Counted from the first letter of the stretch, positions 12,566 through 25,956 are shown. The stretch: 64,000 nucleotides of DNA from Octopus sinensis (GCF_006345805.1 NC_043012.1:32178001-32242000); one strand, 5' to 3'. Made by a program: numbers and translations. The notes: generated from the letters alone by a model not told the origin.

Positions 12566-13117
12566 TGCCCTGATGCAGTACCAGACAGTGGTTCTCATGG
12601 TTTCTGATCTTAACTGATTGGAAGTGTTATCATGTACATTGTTTTATCTTGGTATAAAAGATGGGCTACAGCAAAAATTCTGCTCAATACCACAGATTTG
12701 CTTGTCAGTTGTTTGACCTTAACCAGTTGAGCATGTCCCTTAGTGGCTGACGATATGTGCATCTCTGATCACGAGCAGAAGTAGTGGGGGAGCATCATAG
12801 CCATGTGTTGAGAGGGATTCTTTGGGGTTTGAATAATTCACCTCTGGAAAATGGGTGTTTCATTCAACATCCTTAAACAACCCTTATTCAGGGACCTTTT
12901 GAGTGGGATGGGTTACTTGACCAGAAGAAAATTGTAACTGGGTCCCACCTGCAAGGTCATGTGCTGTTTATCTTGATATGACATCACTATGTCGCACACA
13001 TATTGTTGTGATGCATGTGCCTGGTGTACCCTTATCAGACGGGTAGTCATGATGGGTATACTGGGCTCTGTATATTTTAACCCAGTGTCACTTTGAAGGC
13101 ATGCACTGCTCTCACTC
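12566..13117 (+). mobile_element. ~550-bp interspersed repeat embedded in (AAT)n, possibly the 3' end of an R4/Dong-like LINE
   Basis: More GC-rich than its surroundings and bounded by (AAT)n on both sides. Dong elements are known to target (TAA)n. Family assignment is inference. Confidence 0.4.
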
Positions 13118-14403
13118 AATAATAATAATAAATGATGGACTCTCCTGTTGAAGATGATGTATTTGTGTTCAGCTTAAGCCAAATAACCTGCACAAATGAT
13201 TTGTTTCTTGTGATCAAATGTATGTGCTGTGCATTAGCTCACTCCTCTTTCAAATCAACATAAACAGGTGCATAATGTACAATACATTGGGTGTCAGAAT
13301 GATCACAGAGCAACATGAGATGAGGTGTTTTGCTCAAGAACACAATGCACCATCCAATCTAGGAACTGAAGCCACTAAGCCATGCATCCTCATAACAATA
13401 ATAATAATAATAATGATCCTTAGGCTTGAAATATTTTATTTAGGGGAGTGGGCTAGTCAATTCCAACCTCAGTGCTCAACTGGTACTTAGTTCATTGATC
13501 CTGAAAGGATGAAATGCAAAGTTGACCTTGGTGGAATTTGAGCTCAGAATTGTAGAGATGGACGAAGTGCATCTAAGCATTTTGTCTGACTTGCTGATAA
13601 TTCTGCCAGCTTGTCGCCTTAATAATCTTTCTACTATAGGCACAAGATCTGAAATTTTGAAAGAGGGAGTAGTCAGTTACTTCGACCCTCGTGCTCAACT
13701 GGTACTTATTTTATCAACCTTGAAAATATGAAAAGCAAAGGTGACTTCAGTGGAATTTGAACTCAGAACTTAAAGATGAGCAAAATACTGTCAAGCATTT
13801 TTCCTGGTATGCTAACAATTTCCCCAACTCACCACCTTAATGATAATAATAACATAAATAATTATGAGAAGGAAGAGTATGTTTTTTTGTTTTGTTTTTG
13901 GCTCAGGACCACTGGTAGATCATGTGGCTATTTTAAGAACATAATTACATTAGCTTTGCATGACCTAAACGGCAAAAAAGCACTTAATTTTTTACAAAAG
14001 CGTACTTAGTATTTTGTCCTTTTAATATGTCGTAAAACTGGTAAGGAAAATAATAGAAGTTAAGGGATTAAAAGAAAATATTTGTGTGTGGGTGTGCATG
14101 TGTGGCCATGAGCTCATAAAGTTCACTTTGTAACCATGTGATTTCAGTTTCAACCAGACTGCCCAGTGTCTTCTATAGCCTTAGACTGACTGGCATGTGA
14201 ATGGAATTCGTTGTTGCAGGCATGGCTATGTGATCAGGAAGTTCACTTTGCCACTATGTGGTTTCATGTTCAACCTCAGTGCCTAGGGTTCTTTTCCTAT
14301 AGCTTTGGACTCACTGGTTTGTGAGTGGGATTCATTGACAAAAATTGAAGTAAATCCCATTAAAAGTGCTTGAATTATTTAAATCCTCCTGTAAACAAAA
14401 CTC

Positions 14404-14824
14404 GGATCTTTTCGGTTTGAACGGCAATTTTTTCTAGCGGTGTCATATGAAATTGTCACCTATAATTATGACCCTAGAATCAATCTATTGCATTTCAATC
14501 TGTTTTAGGGTTAGGGTTAGTTAGGGGTGGGGGGAAGGGTATCTTTTTTTCTTCACAAATGTAAATAAACCCAATCTGTTTCTTAAACGAGGGACATATT
14601 CATACGGCACAGAATGCTTTTTAACTCAATAGACATCACTGATTGGTTGAAATTGCAGAAATTGAAGAAAATAAACAACAAATATCTTACAAACTATAGA
14701 ATTTTCTCAATAAAGCCAAGAGAAAAAGATGTTTTATAAACACAATCTACCAGTATACGAAGTTTAAAATCTTTTAGTTACCTAGAAATTATGTTAAAAA
14801 CTGCCGTTCAAACCGAAAAGATCC
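14404..14824. mobile_element. Merlin-like MITE copy 2 with TTAGGG/G-rich tract
   Basis: TIRs GGATCTTTTCGGTTTGAACGGCA, with an 8-bp TSD caaaactc at 14396-14403 and 14825-14832. Opposite orientation to copy 1. Confidence 0.85.
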
Positions 14825-15083
14825 CAAAACTCCTATACTTTCAGTGACTGGATTGATTTCACTGTTAAGGACCAGTGGAAAGAAAAATGCCTTACTTGAA
14901 AACCAGTTCAGTTTGGTAACAGGAGAGAAACAAGCCAGTATGGAAAACATAGAAACAGTGATGACTGACACACACGCATACACGCACATATAGAGTTCAA
15001 ATAGCTGAAGCATTTCTCAAAATACTCGTTATACAAGGTAAATGAATTACTAAAGCCATACAATACAGATTTATGTCATCATC

Positions 15084-15680
15084 ATCATTGTTTAGCATCT
15101 GCCTTCCATCCAGGTAGGAATCACCCAGGTAGAAGACTACACCAGGCTACTGTATCTGTTTTGGCAGGGTTTTTACAGCTATATACCCTTCCTAAACCCA
15201 ACCACTCTGCAGAGTGGACTGAGTGCTTTTTATGTGGCACCAGCATAGGCAGAGGCAGTTTTAACCTGTTTTTTACTGTTGAATGCCCTTCCAAATACAA
15301 ACCACTTCACAATGTGGACTGGATGCTTTTTACATGGCACTAGCAGGGTCACCAAGTTACTTGCAAGACAAGTAATTTTGAGAGTTTTCCACAAATTATC
15401 TACATAGCTAATATACTCTACCAGTGCCATATGTGCAAGAAAATTCTGTGGGTTTTATTTCTTCAATAGTTTACCAAACTAAAAATGGCTAAGATTACCA
15501 TTATTTAACATCCATTTTCCATACTGGTATGGATTGGCTGATTTGACTGGATCTGGCAAGGCCAAGGGCTGCACTAAGCTCCATTGTCTGATCTGGCAGG
15601 GTGTCTATGGCTGGATGTCCCTCCTAATGCCAGCCTCTTCACAGAGTGTACTGGGTGCTTTTCATGTGGCACCAGCATCG
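15084..15680 (-). mobile_element. Two degraded family C/RTE tails
   Basis: (CAT)n starts followed by diverged reverse-complement tail sequence. Confidence 0.6.
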
Positions 15681-16334
15681 CTATCAATTCTGTTGTGGAG
15701 TACGGATCTTGAGTACAGCAATGCACCAGATATCTCTGTCCTTAATCATCCCTTTCATACGGCTCAGTGTCTTGAGATCGGTCATCAATACTTTATCCCA
15801 TATCTTCCTGGGTCTCCCTCTCCCACAAGTTCCATCCGTTTTAAGTGATCAGCACTTCTGTATGCAACTCTCTACATCCAGACTGTGTGTGTGTGTGCAC
15901 ATGTGTATAAAGTCCTATTCAACTATGTTCAATTACACTTGGATGTGAGAATAACTTCTCTTGCAGAGCTTGTCTTGGGAGAGAATTCTCCTCTTGGATG
16001 TGTGAATTCTAGCTTGACCAAGCTCTTTGCACATCAGCATACATATCGTGTTCTGTTTCAATAAGAACAATCCCATTCTTACAAGGCTGTGTGTATGACC
16101 AATTTGGTTCCCATTGCTGACAGTGAAACAGCGCAGAAACACATGTCCTTAGTCTGTGAATGACATCATTTGATCCTATCTTGCGTTCTGATGCATATTT
16201 AGGACAATTTTCTCCTGGAACTAGCTCTGCAATGGGAGGTCTTCTCATGTCTAAGTGCAGTAGATGATGTAATGTACAATTTCATACAAATATATTTCAT
16301 TCAATACTGCTTTGTGCAGTGTTATAGTGTGATT

Positions 16335-16560
16335 CATCGTTTAACGTCCGCTTTCCATGCTAGCATGGATTGGACGTGTGACTGAGGGCTGGCGAACCAG
16401 ATGGCTGCACCAGGCTTCAATCTTGATCTGGCAGAGTTTCTACAGCTGGATGCCCTTCCTAACGCCAACCACTCCGAGAGTGTAGTGGGTGCTTTTACGT
16501 GCCACCGGCATGGAGGCCAGATAGCCGCTCTGGCAACGATCACGCTCGGATGGTGCTTTT
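16335..16560 (-). mobile_element. RTE-tail element (family C)
   Basis: catcgtttaacgtccgctttccatgctagcatgg...gtgccaccggca. Confidence 0.8.
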
Positions 16561-19016
16561 ACTTGTTTCAGTCATTTAACTGCAGCCATACTGGGGCACC
16601 ATCTTGTAGAATTATTGCCAAACAAATCAACCTCAGTTCTTATTTTTTTTAAGCTTTCCATGGCTATATTTTGTACAGGGTCTCGGCTCTATTTGTTTGA
16701 ATCTATATTATTGACCAAACTAAAACACTCCTAAACCAAATTTTCTTATTGTTTTGCTTAACCAGTGCATAGAGTTGTATTCTATGCTTTCACATGTTAT
16801 TCTATGTGACTAGTTTCAGCTATTGATATAATTTATTCAATGTTTCTTATTATTTTGTGGGGTAGTGGGAAGAGAAATCTCCCTCTTTAAATAATATCCC
16901 TTGAAACCACTACACTACCGCAGTGCAGAATTGATTTTGTAATCATTCGGAATGTTATGTGAACTCTCATCAACAATAAGCAATACTCCTGTAGCTGCCA
17001 CTTAGTTTTGATATTGGAGTAGTAGCGGTAGTAGCTTCTGTGTTTTCTGTAACAAATAATAAAGACAGGTGAGATTGAGAAAATCCCTCCAGGTGAATAA
17101 TCTTGTTTGATTGATTGCAGGGCATGATAGCATTGAGATACGACTTGAAGATTGGTCAAGAAAGTTATTAATATCATAAGAATAAAGTTATCTCCTCTTT
17201 TTTTAATTTTTGTTTTTCCTCCTTCTATTCACCGATTTGGAGTTGTTTATCTCTATTCTGATCAGATGCAATAAGGAAGATATTATTAATATTAATACGG
17301 AAGTATTGATTTATTAATAAATCCCCACCACCAAAAGAAAAAATATTTACTTATCTAGAATGTATCATAAGTTGAAAAATAGGGTGTAGCAGTATATAGT
17401 TGGAGTGAGTCATACAAATTGTAGCACACTTTTTAAGAATATAGGACAGTTGTTATTGCCTATTTTGACTGATGGTTATAGAAACCATATTTAAGATAGA
17501 TTCTGACAAATATTGAAGAAGAAATGTTGAAGAGTGTACATAAATTCCAGAAACTTGTATGAGTAAAATAATTTTGTTTTTTGGAACAGTGGATCTCAAA
17601 CCACATAACTATAAATAACATCATCTAAATATTGGTTGAAAAACCCTTTTGGATAAAAAAAAAGTTGAAGGATATGCGATTGTATATATTTTAAATGATA
17701 TATTGACTGGATAGTTATGGCTGGAGCATTTTTGCATTATCTATTAAAGCAGGTTACAGAAACAAAATTTTAAGAAGTATATATTGTAGAAGAGCGTACG
17801 CTCGAAATGTAAAAGACTCTTTCTATTCCTGAGCTTTATACTAATACATCTGTTTGTTTTGTAAACCACTTGTCTTCGTCTTTTGTTTTTTTTCGTAAAC
17901 TCTCGTATATATTCTTATAGCAGCATACTTAGAATAACTTAGAAAGGTGTTGGCCCAGGCCATGTCTAACTTAATAGCACCACCTGGCATATATAAAGAA
18001 ACCAAAGTAAATTTTGTCTCTTTGCTGATTTGGTTTTGTAATTTACTTGTGAGCCATTTCAATGGTTTAAATAAATAGGAGACAATCTCAGTTGATAAGA
18101 TCTCTAATGCATACATATGAAATATAATGAACATTTAATATATAATAATCACTCTCATAGAATACTGTAACATTGATTTTAAACATTTTGCTGCACACCA
18201 ATTCGCTGGGACAGTAAATATAACTTACTGTTGGTTGTCTTCCTATACAGCCATATACTTGCAGCTGCAAAATTAGGTAACATCTAGTTCTCATGTATAA
18301 TGCACACCTATAACTTAACTGGTGGAAAATTGCATATTATACATGGAAACACTGTATCGTCATTGTTTTAACCTCCACTTTTCCATGCTTGCATGGGTCA
18401 GATGAAATTGCTGAGGCAGATTTTCTACAGCAGGATGCTGTTACCAATTTTCATTTGCTTCCAAGCAAGGTAATATTTCTCCCAGTTCTTTGAACATGAA
18501 TACCTTGATAGCTGGATACATTTTCATACAAGATTGCAAACAGATGACACCAAACTGGGATATTTGTTTACTTGTATGTGTTTATTGTTTATAATGTTTG
18601 TACGCTTGTTTGTGTTCATGTGTCTATATACACTTAGATACCCATGTCTTGCTTTTGTTGATCCTATCCAGTTTTAATACTAATCATTCTACTTAAAAAA
18701 TTTTCCATCTACTCTACTTTTAATTTGTGACGTTTTTATTTCAGAGATAATAATCATTATCATTGATTTAACAATTTGTTTTGTCACCTCTACCTGACGT
18801 TGCTTTTCACTCATGCAGACTAGACGAAAAAGCTGTTTTTCTTGATTGACAAGACCTCCTTCACCAACACAATCTCCAAACATCCCTTACTGCCGCCGCA
18901 TTTTATTTTTCTGAACTTGCTTGCTATGTTAGTCCCCACCCTTTTTTTTTTTTTCCATTACTCGGTTTCACTGCCCAGTGTTTGTATTAAAAATACTTAG
19001 CTCAGTCTTTCATACC

Positions 19017-19247
19017 TATTTCTTTACTACCCACAAGGAGCTAAACACAGATGGGACAAACAAGAACAGACAAACGGATTAAGTCAATTATATCGACCCC
19101 AGTGCGTAACTGGTACTTAATTTATCGACCCCGAAAAGATGAAAGGCAAAGTTGACCTCGGCGGAGTTTGAACTCAGAACGTAACGGTAGACGAAATACG
19201 GTTTCACATTTCGCCCGGCGTGCTAACGATTCTGCCAGCTTGCCACC
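19017..19247 (-). mobile_element. tRNA-derived SINE family A (central domain resembling the Nin/Deu domain)
   Basis: Reverse complement of ggcggcgagctggcagaa...aaagaaata, flanked by the direct repeat tcagtctttcat. Confidence 0.8.
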
Positions 19248-19453
19248 CTTTCAGTCTTTCATGACCACCACTAATTGCCATGTTTTCTTTAAACCTATTA
19301 CTGCTCCAGGTAAACTCCATCAACTAATTCAATTCACCCAGTTAATCCCAATCTTCTCATATCCAAATGGATATTAATGACCATGAACACTACTTCTTTT
19401 CCGACTGACTTATGAATAAAACTCTTAATTCTAACACTAATTAGGTAAGTTCA

Positions 19454-19800
19454 TCATCATTTAACATCCATTTCCCATGCTGCTATGGATTGGGTGGTTT
19501 GACAGGAGCTGTCCAGGCTCTGTGTCAGTTTTGGCATGGTTTCTGTGGTTGGATGCCCTTACTAATACCAACCATGTTACAGAGTGTACTGTGCGTGCTT
19601 TTACACAGCATTGGCATGGACACTTTTACATGAGACCATCACAAGTACTTTTTACGTGGCACCCGTGCCCACGAGCCCACAAGATTAGGATCACTTAAGT
19701 GAAAAGGGACGACAACCATGGTTATACTTAGCTTGATGTGTCTTCTCAAGTACAGTAAATTGCCTGAAATTTCAACCCCTTGTCATCCCTTTTGAGGTCC
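19454..19800 (-). mobile_element. Degraded RTE 3' end
   Basis: Tail plus reverse complement of the RTE ORF terminus (cttctcaagtacag..). Confidence 0.55.
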
Positions 19801-20120
19801 AATATCCGAAGATCTTTTCCCATTAGACCAATTATATTTATCTCACAGTTAGTTGCAGTAATCTAGGCAGCATTTGACTATGCTCTGAGAAAAATTAAAT
19901 AATTGCTAGTTGATAATGTTCATCAGTAATTAAATGGACCAGGAGATTATTTTGAGGGTAAACAAAATTGTGAGAAAATTTAAGCTAGAAGTTTTGAATT
20001 TTAGTTATCCATTTTGTATGCTGGCATGCAGGACATTATGGCCTGTATCAGTTCTTATTCAAAGTTATTGCTTGGTGAGCTGGAGGACTATGTCTTGCTT
20101 GTGCATTTTACAATTTATAT

Positions 20121-20396
20121 CAGTAGTTCCCAAAGTGAGTGGTATTGCCTCATGGGGGTGGGGGGAGTTCCAAGGGGGTGTTGAAAAAAAGTGGGGTGAT
20201 AATGGAGTAGTGATTCATGTAAAAAGCAACAAAATAATGGGTCCATTAGGTTAAGTTTTATTTGTGAAATACAGTTTCTTTGAATTTGCTTCAAAAAGAG
20301 GTCTATGTTTGTGATGGTTAGTTGAGGTGGGGTGCTAGGAATGTGACCTGAGTGTCAAGGGGGAGGAGGCAGCCCGAAAATGTTTGAGAACCATTG
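20121..20396. mobile_element. hAT-like MITE
   Basis: TIR CAGTAGTTCCCAAA / TTTGAGAACCATTG, with an 8-bp TSD atttatat at 20113-20120 and 20397-20404. Confidence 0.8.
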
Positions 20397-22197
20397 ATTT
20401 ATATGGCTGGATGCCCTTAGCACCAACCACTTTACAGAGTCTACTGGTGCATTTATGCTTGGCACCAACACGAGTGAGGTTGCCTCATACCCCAAGTCTG
20501 AAGAGTTCTCTCTAATCTATGATGTCTCTGTTCTTTCAAGTCAGGATGACCAAGTGAGTGAAAAGAGGAGATAGGATAGAAGGCCAACCATGAGTGAGTG
20601 AAAGGAAGGAAAGTATGATAAAAGAAACGGTAATCAAGCTGAAATGGTAATAGGGGACAGAATAATGGGAGAGTGACAATGCTGGAAGATCCATGTAAAA
20701 ATGGTTTTCATCAGATTTCATCTCCAAAGGATCAATAGATTTTGATACACAATGATACAGGTTGATTTCATGGCTATCTAAGTTCTGTAGGATAAAAATT
20801 AAAGCATATCAGTCACTTGTCTCCTAAAGAGTTGTCCTTATCCCAGACATTCCTGATATCTTTGGTCTAGGAATTTAACTTACCTTGCATGGAAGGGTAC
20901 TGCTAGTCACTTCTTAATCCAGTAATTTTACCTGTCATGGATCAGTGAGATTTTTTTCCCCCTTTTTTTATTTCAATTATATACTTTCTTTTTAAATATA
21001 AAAAATAGCATCCCCTGCTTTGAATAATGATAATTTAGTCCTTAAAAGGAAAGTTGTTTACCTGCTATTAAACCTTTGGGGCAGTTATGTATGTTTATTA
21101 TTATTTTATACACAAATATTACCAGTTAACTGGGAGGTAACAGATATCAGAAGGAGGGATAGAATGTTCATATACTTGCATTCAGGATAAACACAAAAAT
21201 GATTTACTGTTGTGACATGATCATATTCAGTAATTTCATTACCCCACATAGCCTAGCTCACCTCACATAACATTCACTACCTGTTTCATTGAGAAAGCAT
21301 TCCTGAGTGCAGTTAATCAGATTATTTTTAAAATAGTCACATACTTATTTTAGGACATTCCATTAAACAGTTGGTCGATACATGCATAACTAGGTGATGC
21401 TATCTTGACAGAAAAATCCCAAAGGCTTTTTTTTGTGTGTGTGTGTGTGTGTGTGTGTTAAATACTTCAGATAAAATAGGAAATAGACTCAAGCAATCCA
21501 TCGATCCATTAAAATAAGTCAAACGAAACTTAAGTGTACTTCTTCACATTCCTGGTCAGAGATTTTCAATATTCAGTTCACTATGTCTGTTCTTCGTCTC
21601 CAATACCTTCAGATTTATAGAATTCTATACAAATAAGATAATATTAAAAGGAGGTTGCAAAAAGTCCAATACTTTTGGCATATCATAACTCTTTCACTCC
21701 AAGTAATCCCAATTTCTCTTACTGGTCAACAGTGGTCATTTTAGGAACCAATACTATAGAGATGATCTACCTATTTTATGCTTTGTGTGCTTGTATTGTG
21801 TTGTTACCAACTGGCCGGACCTCTGCCAAGAGTAAATGACTTTATAAATAGAATATCAACTGATCTCCTGTAATGTTTTGAGTAGGTTTAATAAAGCTCG
21901 TTTTCAAGGAATGTTTGTGTATCTTAAGGTTACAATTATGCAAATTTACCTGTCTGAGAATACCATCATAAAAAAAAAATAATAACCTGCTATACCAATG
22001 AGGAAGATATAAAAACCTCATCCTGGTATAAACTCCAAATGGATAAATACCCACACTTTTAACAGACTGATTCAACTCAAAATCAACAAATTCCCCTGCT
22101 TTCCATTTATATTCACACTACACAGAACCAAATACGCATTCACCATTCTTTCTCCATCCATAAAGGCCAACATGCATGACCATATTACTTTCATTCA

Positions 22198-22430
22198 GGG
22201 TGGCGAGCTGGCAGAATCATTAGCAACCCGGGTGAAATGCTTAGTGGTATTTTGTCTGCTGTTATGTTCTGAGTTCAAATTCCGCTGAGGTCGATTTTGC
22301 CTTTCATCCTTTCGGGGTCAATTAAATAAATACCAGTTACACACTGGGATCGATGTAATCAACTGAATCCCTTTGCCTGTCCTTGTTTGTCGCCTCTATG
22401 TTTAGCCCCCTGTGGGCAATAAAGAAATAT
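22198..22430 (+). mobile_element. SINE family A
   Basis: Full head-to-tail copy with a 15-bp TSD atattactttcattc (22182-22196 and 22431-22445). Confidence 0.85.
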
Positions 22431-22607
22431 ATATTACTTTCATTCCGTAGGAGTCAATCTCCATACTCCAGTGTCTTAACCATGTAGGTTTGGACCTTGA
22501 GGTGGAGTAGAAGAGGCCGACAATAGTAAGGATGATTTGGGTTGTTTTCATAATGCTCCATGTTTAAATAAAAAATAAACTAATGTAAAAAATATTTTCT
22601 TTTTCAG

Positions 22608-22689
22608 GAGCTCTGGAGATTCTTTATATGAATTATTAGGTGTCAAAAAGAATGCTTCAAATGACGAAATAAAAAAGGCTTTTAGAAAG
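22608..22689 (+). CDS. DNAJC5: DnaJ/cysteine string protein (CSP) exon: start of J-domain (..SSGDSLYELLGVKKNASNDEIKKAFRK)
   Basis: ttttcAG acceptor at 22606-22607 and GTatgt donor at 22690. Phase 2 in, phase 0 out. The translation matches the CSP N-terminus pattern SG[DE]SLY..LG..K.A...EIKK.[YF]RK. Confidence 0.93.
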
Positions 22690-22726
22690 GTATGTTATTG
22701 GAGTTCAACATTTTTGTTTTCAACTG

Positions 22727-23098
22727 TCATCATCATCATCGTTTAACGTCCACTTTCCATGCTAGCATGGGTTGGACGGTTCGACTGGGGTCTGGGAAGC
22801 CAGGAGGCTGCACCAGGACCAGTCTGATCTGGCAGTGTTTCTACAGCTGGATGCCCTTCCTAATGCCAACCACTCTGTAAGTGTAGTGGGTGCTTTTTAC
22901 GTGCCACCGGCACAGGTGCCAGGGGAGGCTGGTGCTTTTTACGGCCACGATCGGTTGGTGCTTTTTATGTGCCACCAGCATGGAGGCCAGTCGGGGCGAC
23001 ACTGGCAACGGCCATGTTCGGATGGTTCTTTTACGTGCCACCGGCACTGGTATCGCAACTACAATTTCCATTGATTTTTGAGCGATTTCGATTTCATT
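22727..23098 (-). mobile_element. RTE-tail element (family C), starting ~40 nt after the first J-domain exon
   Basis: (CAT)n, tail and multi-unit array in antisense. Confidence 0.85.
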
Positions 23099-23156
23099 GT
23101 GTGGATAAAAATATTTTTTTGTTTTTTCGAAAATAAAATCTCTAATTTTTAGAAAT

Positions 23157-23337
23157 TAACCCTTTAACATTCAGATTTACTCTGTCAAATATAATGCTTA
23201 TTTATTCGTATTGTTTTTTTAATTAATCAGGTACTATCTTGTACTTTCGGTATTTTAATAATGCAACTGTTATTTTTAGAATGACAATGTAGGGTAAGTG
23301 TAAGAGGCCAGCTGTGACCAGTTTAAATGCTAAAGGA
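23157..23337. mobile_element. piggyBac-like MITE (family P2); relatives at ~3447-3560, ~3955-4080, 26612-26837
   Basis: ttaaCCCTTTA(A/G)CATTCAGA...TGCTAAAGG termini, repeated in the window. Confidence 0.55.
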
Positions 23338-23807
23338 TGTGTGCATGTGTGTGAGAGAGTTGTATTTTTCTTTCCATGATTTCTATCAGTATATAATGTT
23401 TATCGGTGATCATACTGAATATACTAAGGGAGATAGTAATTAAATAATAGTTAGTTGCGATGGCTGTCTGTTTTCTGCCACCAATAACAGCATATAAATA
23501 AGTACTTAGCTGTGGTTTCAATATTTAACAGCTATAAAAGATAGAAAGGAAATTACCTAAAAATTACAACTGAAACAAACAAACATACATACATACACAT
23601 AGTATATAGAGTGAACCACAGCAGTAGCTAAGTGATCACTACAAGCTCAATTGCCATCTTAATGCAACCATTGTTATTCATTTAGCGAACCACAGAACAA
23701 TGGGTGGTGTATCCAGTTGTCACAACTATTAGCACTATCTGTTTGCAAAATCCATGGGAATGAGAGAAAAGCTGGGTCCTTTGCCCCTTTTCAAGCATTT
23801 AAACTGG

Positions 23808-24185
23808 CCATCATCATCATTGTTTAATGTCTGTTTTCCATGCTGGCATGGGTTTGACAGTTTGACTGAGATATGGAAAACCAGCGGCTGCTCCAGTCTC
23901 CAGTCAGATCTGGCAATGTTTCTACACCTGAATGCCCTTCCTTTTTACATGCCACCGGCATAGGAGCACCTATGGATGGTGCTTCTTACATTCCACTGGT
24001 ATGGGGTCCACTGAGGGGGTACTGGCATCATCATGTTCGGTTGGTGCTTTTTTAAATGCCACCAGCACAAGAGCAAACTAGGGGATACTGGCGGTGGTCA
24101 TGATCAGATAGTCCTTTTTACGTGCCACCGGCACAGGAGCCAGTCAGGCGAAACTGCCATCAACCATGTTTTGATGATGCTTTTT
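23808..24185 (-). mobile_element. RTE-tail element (family C)
   Basis: Antisense tail plus diverged array. Confidence 0.7.
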
Positions 24186-24261
24186 ATGTATATATAGTTA
24201 CATACATATATGTATGTCTATGTGTATATGTATGTATATCTATATATATATATATCTATGT

Positions 24262-24462
24262 GCATCCAAGTGTAAGCTATGGACACGTAAGAGGTGCAGC
24301 AATATCAAAGGAAGGCTAACTGGGAAGATAGTTTTTGTATGTGGCAGATGCTCAGGAGCAATAAACACTGAAAATGTGCAGAGAACATGTGGCCTTGCCA
24401 GTTCCTGTCAAGCTGTCCAACCCATGCCAGCATGGAAAAGGAACATTAAATGATGATGATAA
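24262..24462 (+). mobile_element. RTE LINE fragment: Cys/His finger region joined to the terminal tail
   Basis: ..KCKLWTRKRCSNIKGRLTGKIVFVCGRCSGAINTENVQ.. followed by ctgtccaacccatgccagcatgg..gatgatgat. Confidence 0.65.
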
Positions 24463-24714
24463 TGCATCTTGTAAAATTACTGTATGTCAGGAAAGTCATG
24501 ATACACTTCAGCCAAATAAGGTGTTACAAATAAGAATATAAACAGAAATTTTGCCATGTAATCATCCAGGCAAGGGTGTGATACATTGTTTTCATCCTCA
24601 TAGATGGAAGTCTATGAAATTCTCATATAAATATGCTACAGCACTCAGCACTGAAGAGTTTTTCTGAAGTGGTTTTTGTTTTTTCCATTGTATTACTGTA
24701 TTCTATTTCTAAAC

Positions 24715-24747
<33 letters not shown>

Positions 24748-25956
24748 TAATATTTAACTTGATTTGAGATCATAGTTTGAGTGCTTTCATTCAGCATCTC
24801 TTAGAAAAGAGCAAAATACTTGTAAAATTTTCAAATATTTAAACTCAGTTGATGAAATTTGTTTTCACCTTGTAGATAAAGTTTTCAGTTACGTTTAAGG
24901 TAAAAAAAAAAAGAGGTGTTTTTTACAATGTAAACAAATTTTTAGCAAAGAAAGATAATATGGCGCAAGTATATATTGTCAGGAAACAGGAGTTAAGAGA
25001 TAACTGAAATTTGAACAGGTCAGCATGATCGGTTAGATGAAGGTCAAGGAGAAGCACTCAGTCAATCTAAATAAACATTTTCATTTTGTCTTTTCAAGTG
25101 CCACCTACATGCTACTATATATGTTAGTAGGGGTGGTTTTCCCCCAGTAGATGCTTGTAGTTGCTGAGATGGGGGAAAAACACTCAGAATAGAATAAGAG
25201 ACGATTGTTTATTAGAGTGACTGGTTTGTTTTGTTTTGTATTTTTGTGGGTGGTGGAAGTGAAAATGTGGGACATGGACACATGTTTCATCATCATATAT
25301 TTTAGGGGAAAATGTTACTCTCTTTAGTAAGGATCAGAGGAAGAGTATAGGGTTTCAAGATCATAGTGAATTTAAACCTGCAGTTTCTATTTTTTCATTT
25401 AATTGCTCAGAAAGAAATTAGTTGAGAAGTATTACTATTTCTTATTTCTTAAAACTTATTAGGAATTTGATTTAGATTACATGTATATTGAGCTCAATTT
25501 TGAAATGAATTTTAAGGTCTTTTCAGAAAATGAGACGGTTGATCCCTTAGTTACTTCTGGCTTGAAAATGCTTGGTTTGTTCTTTTATAATATTAGAGAG
25601 AAGTTTCAAGCAATAATAGCAGTTGAGATAAATATCCAATGAAAATATCTCTTAATGCCAATTTACCCCAAGATCATATATCAACTCAGCTTGCTATATA
25701 TAAATGCTTGTTTCTGTTTTGTATTCCATTACGTATCTTAATATATTCGAGCCCTCTTCAGTCCTGAAATGGAATATCATGTTAAGTGGTCTATCCCATA
25801 ACTAAGCCCCTCTTGTTATTTTTCGTCTCCTAAAGGCATATCAATCTATTAATATGTAGTGTACTACAGCATGTCATTTGTTGACTGAGTTCTCCTTTAG
25901 TACTCTCTGTTCCTCTTGAAGCAAGTGTTTCATTTTTCGTAAAGAAATTTTATCTT

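Noticed and set aside
17926-17975. CSP first exon MSNLIAPPGIYKETK (also MDQEIILR at 19934)
   Set aside because: The donors are phase 0, but the J-domain exon at 22608 needs phase 2; there is no other support.
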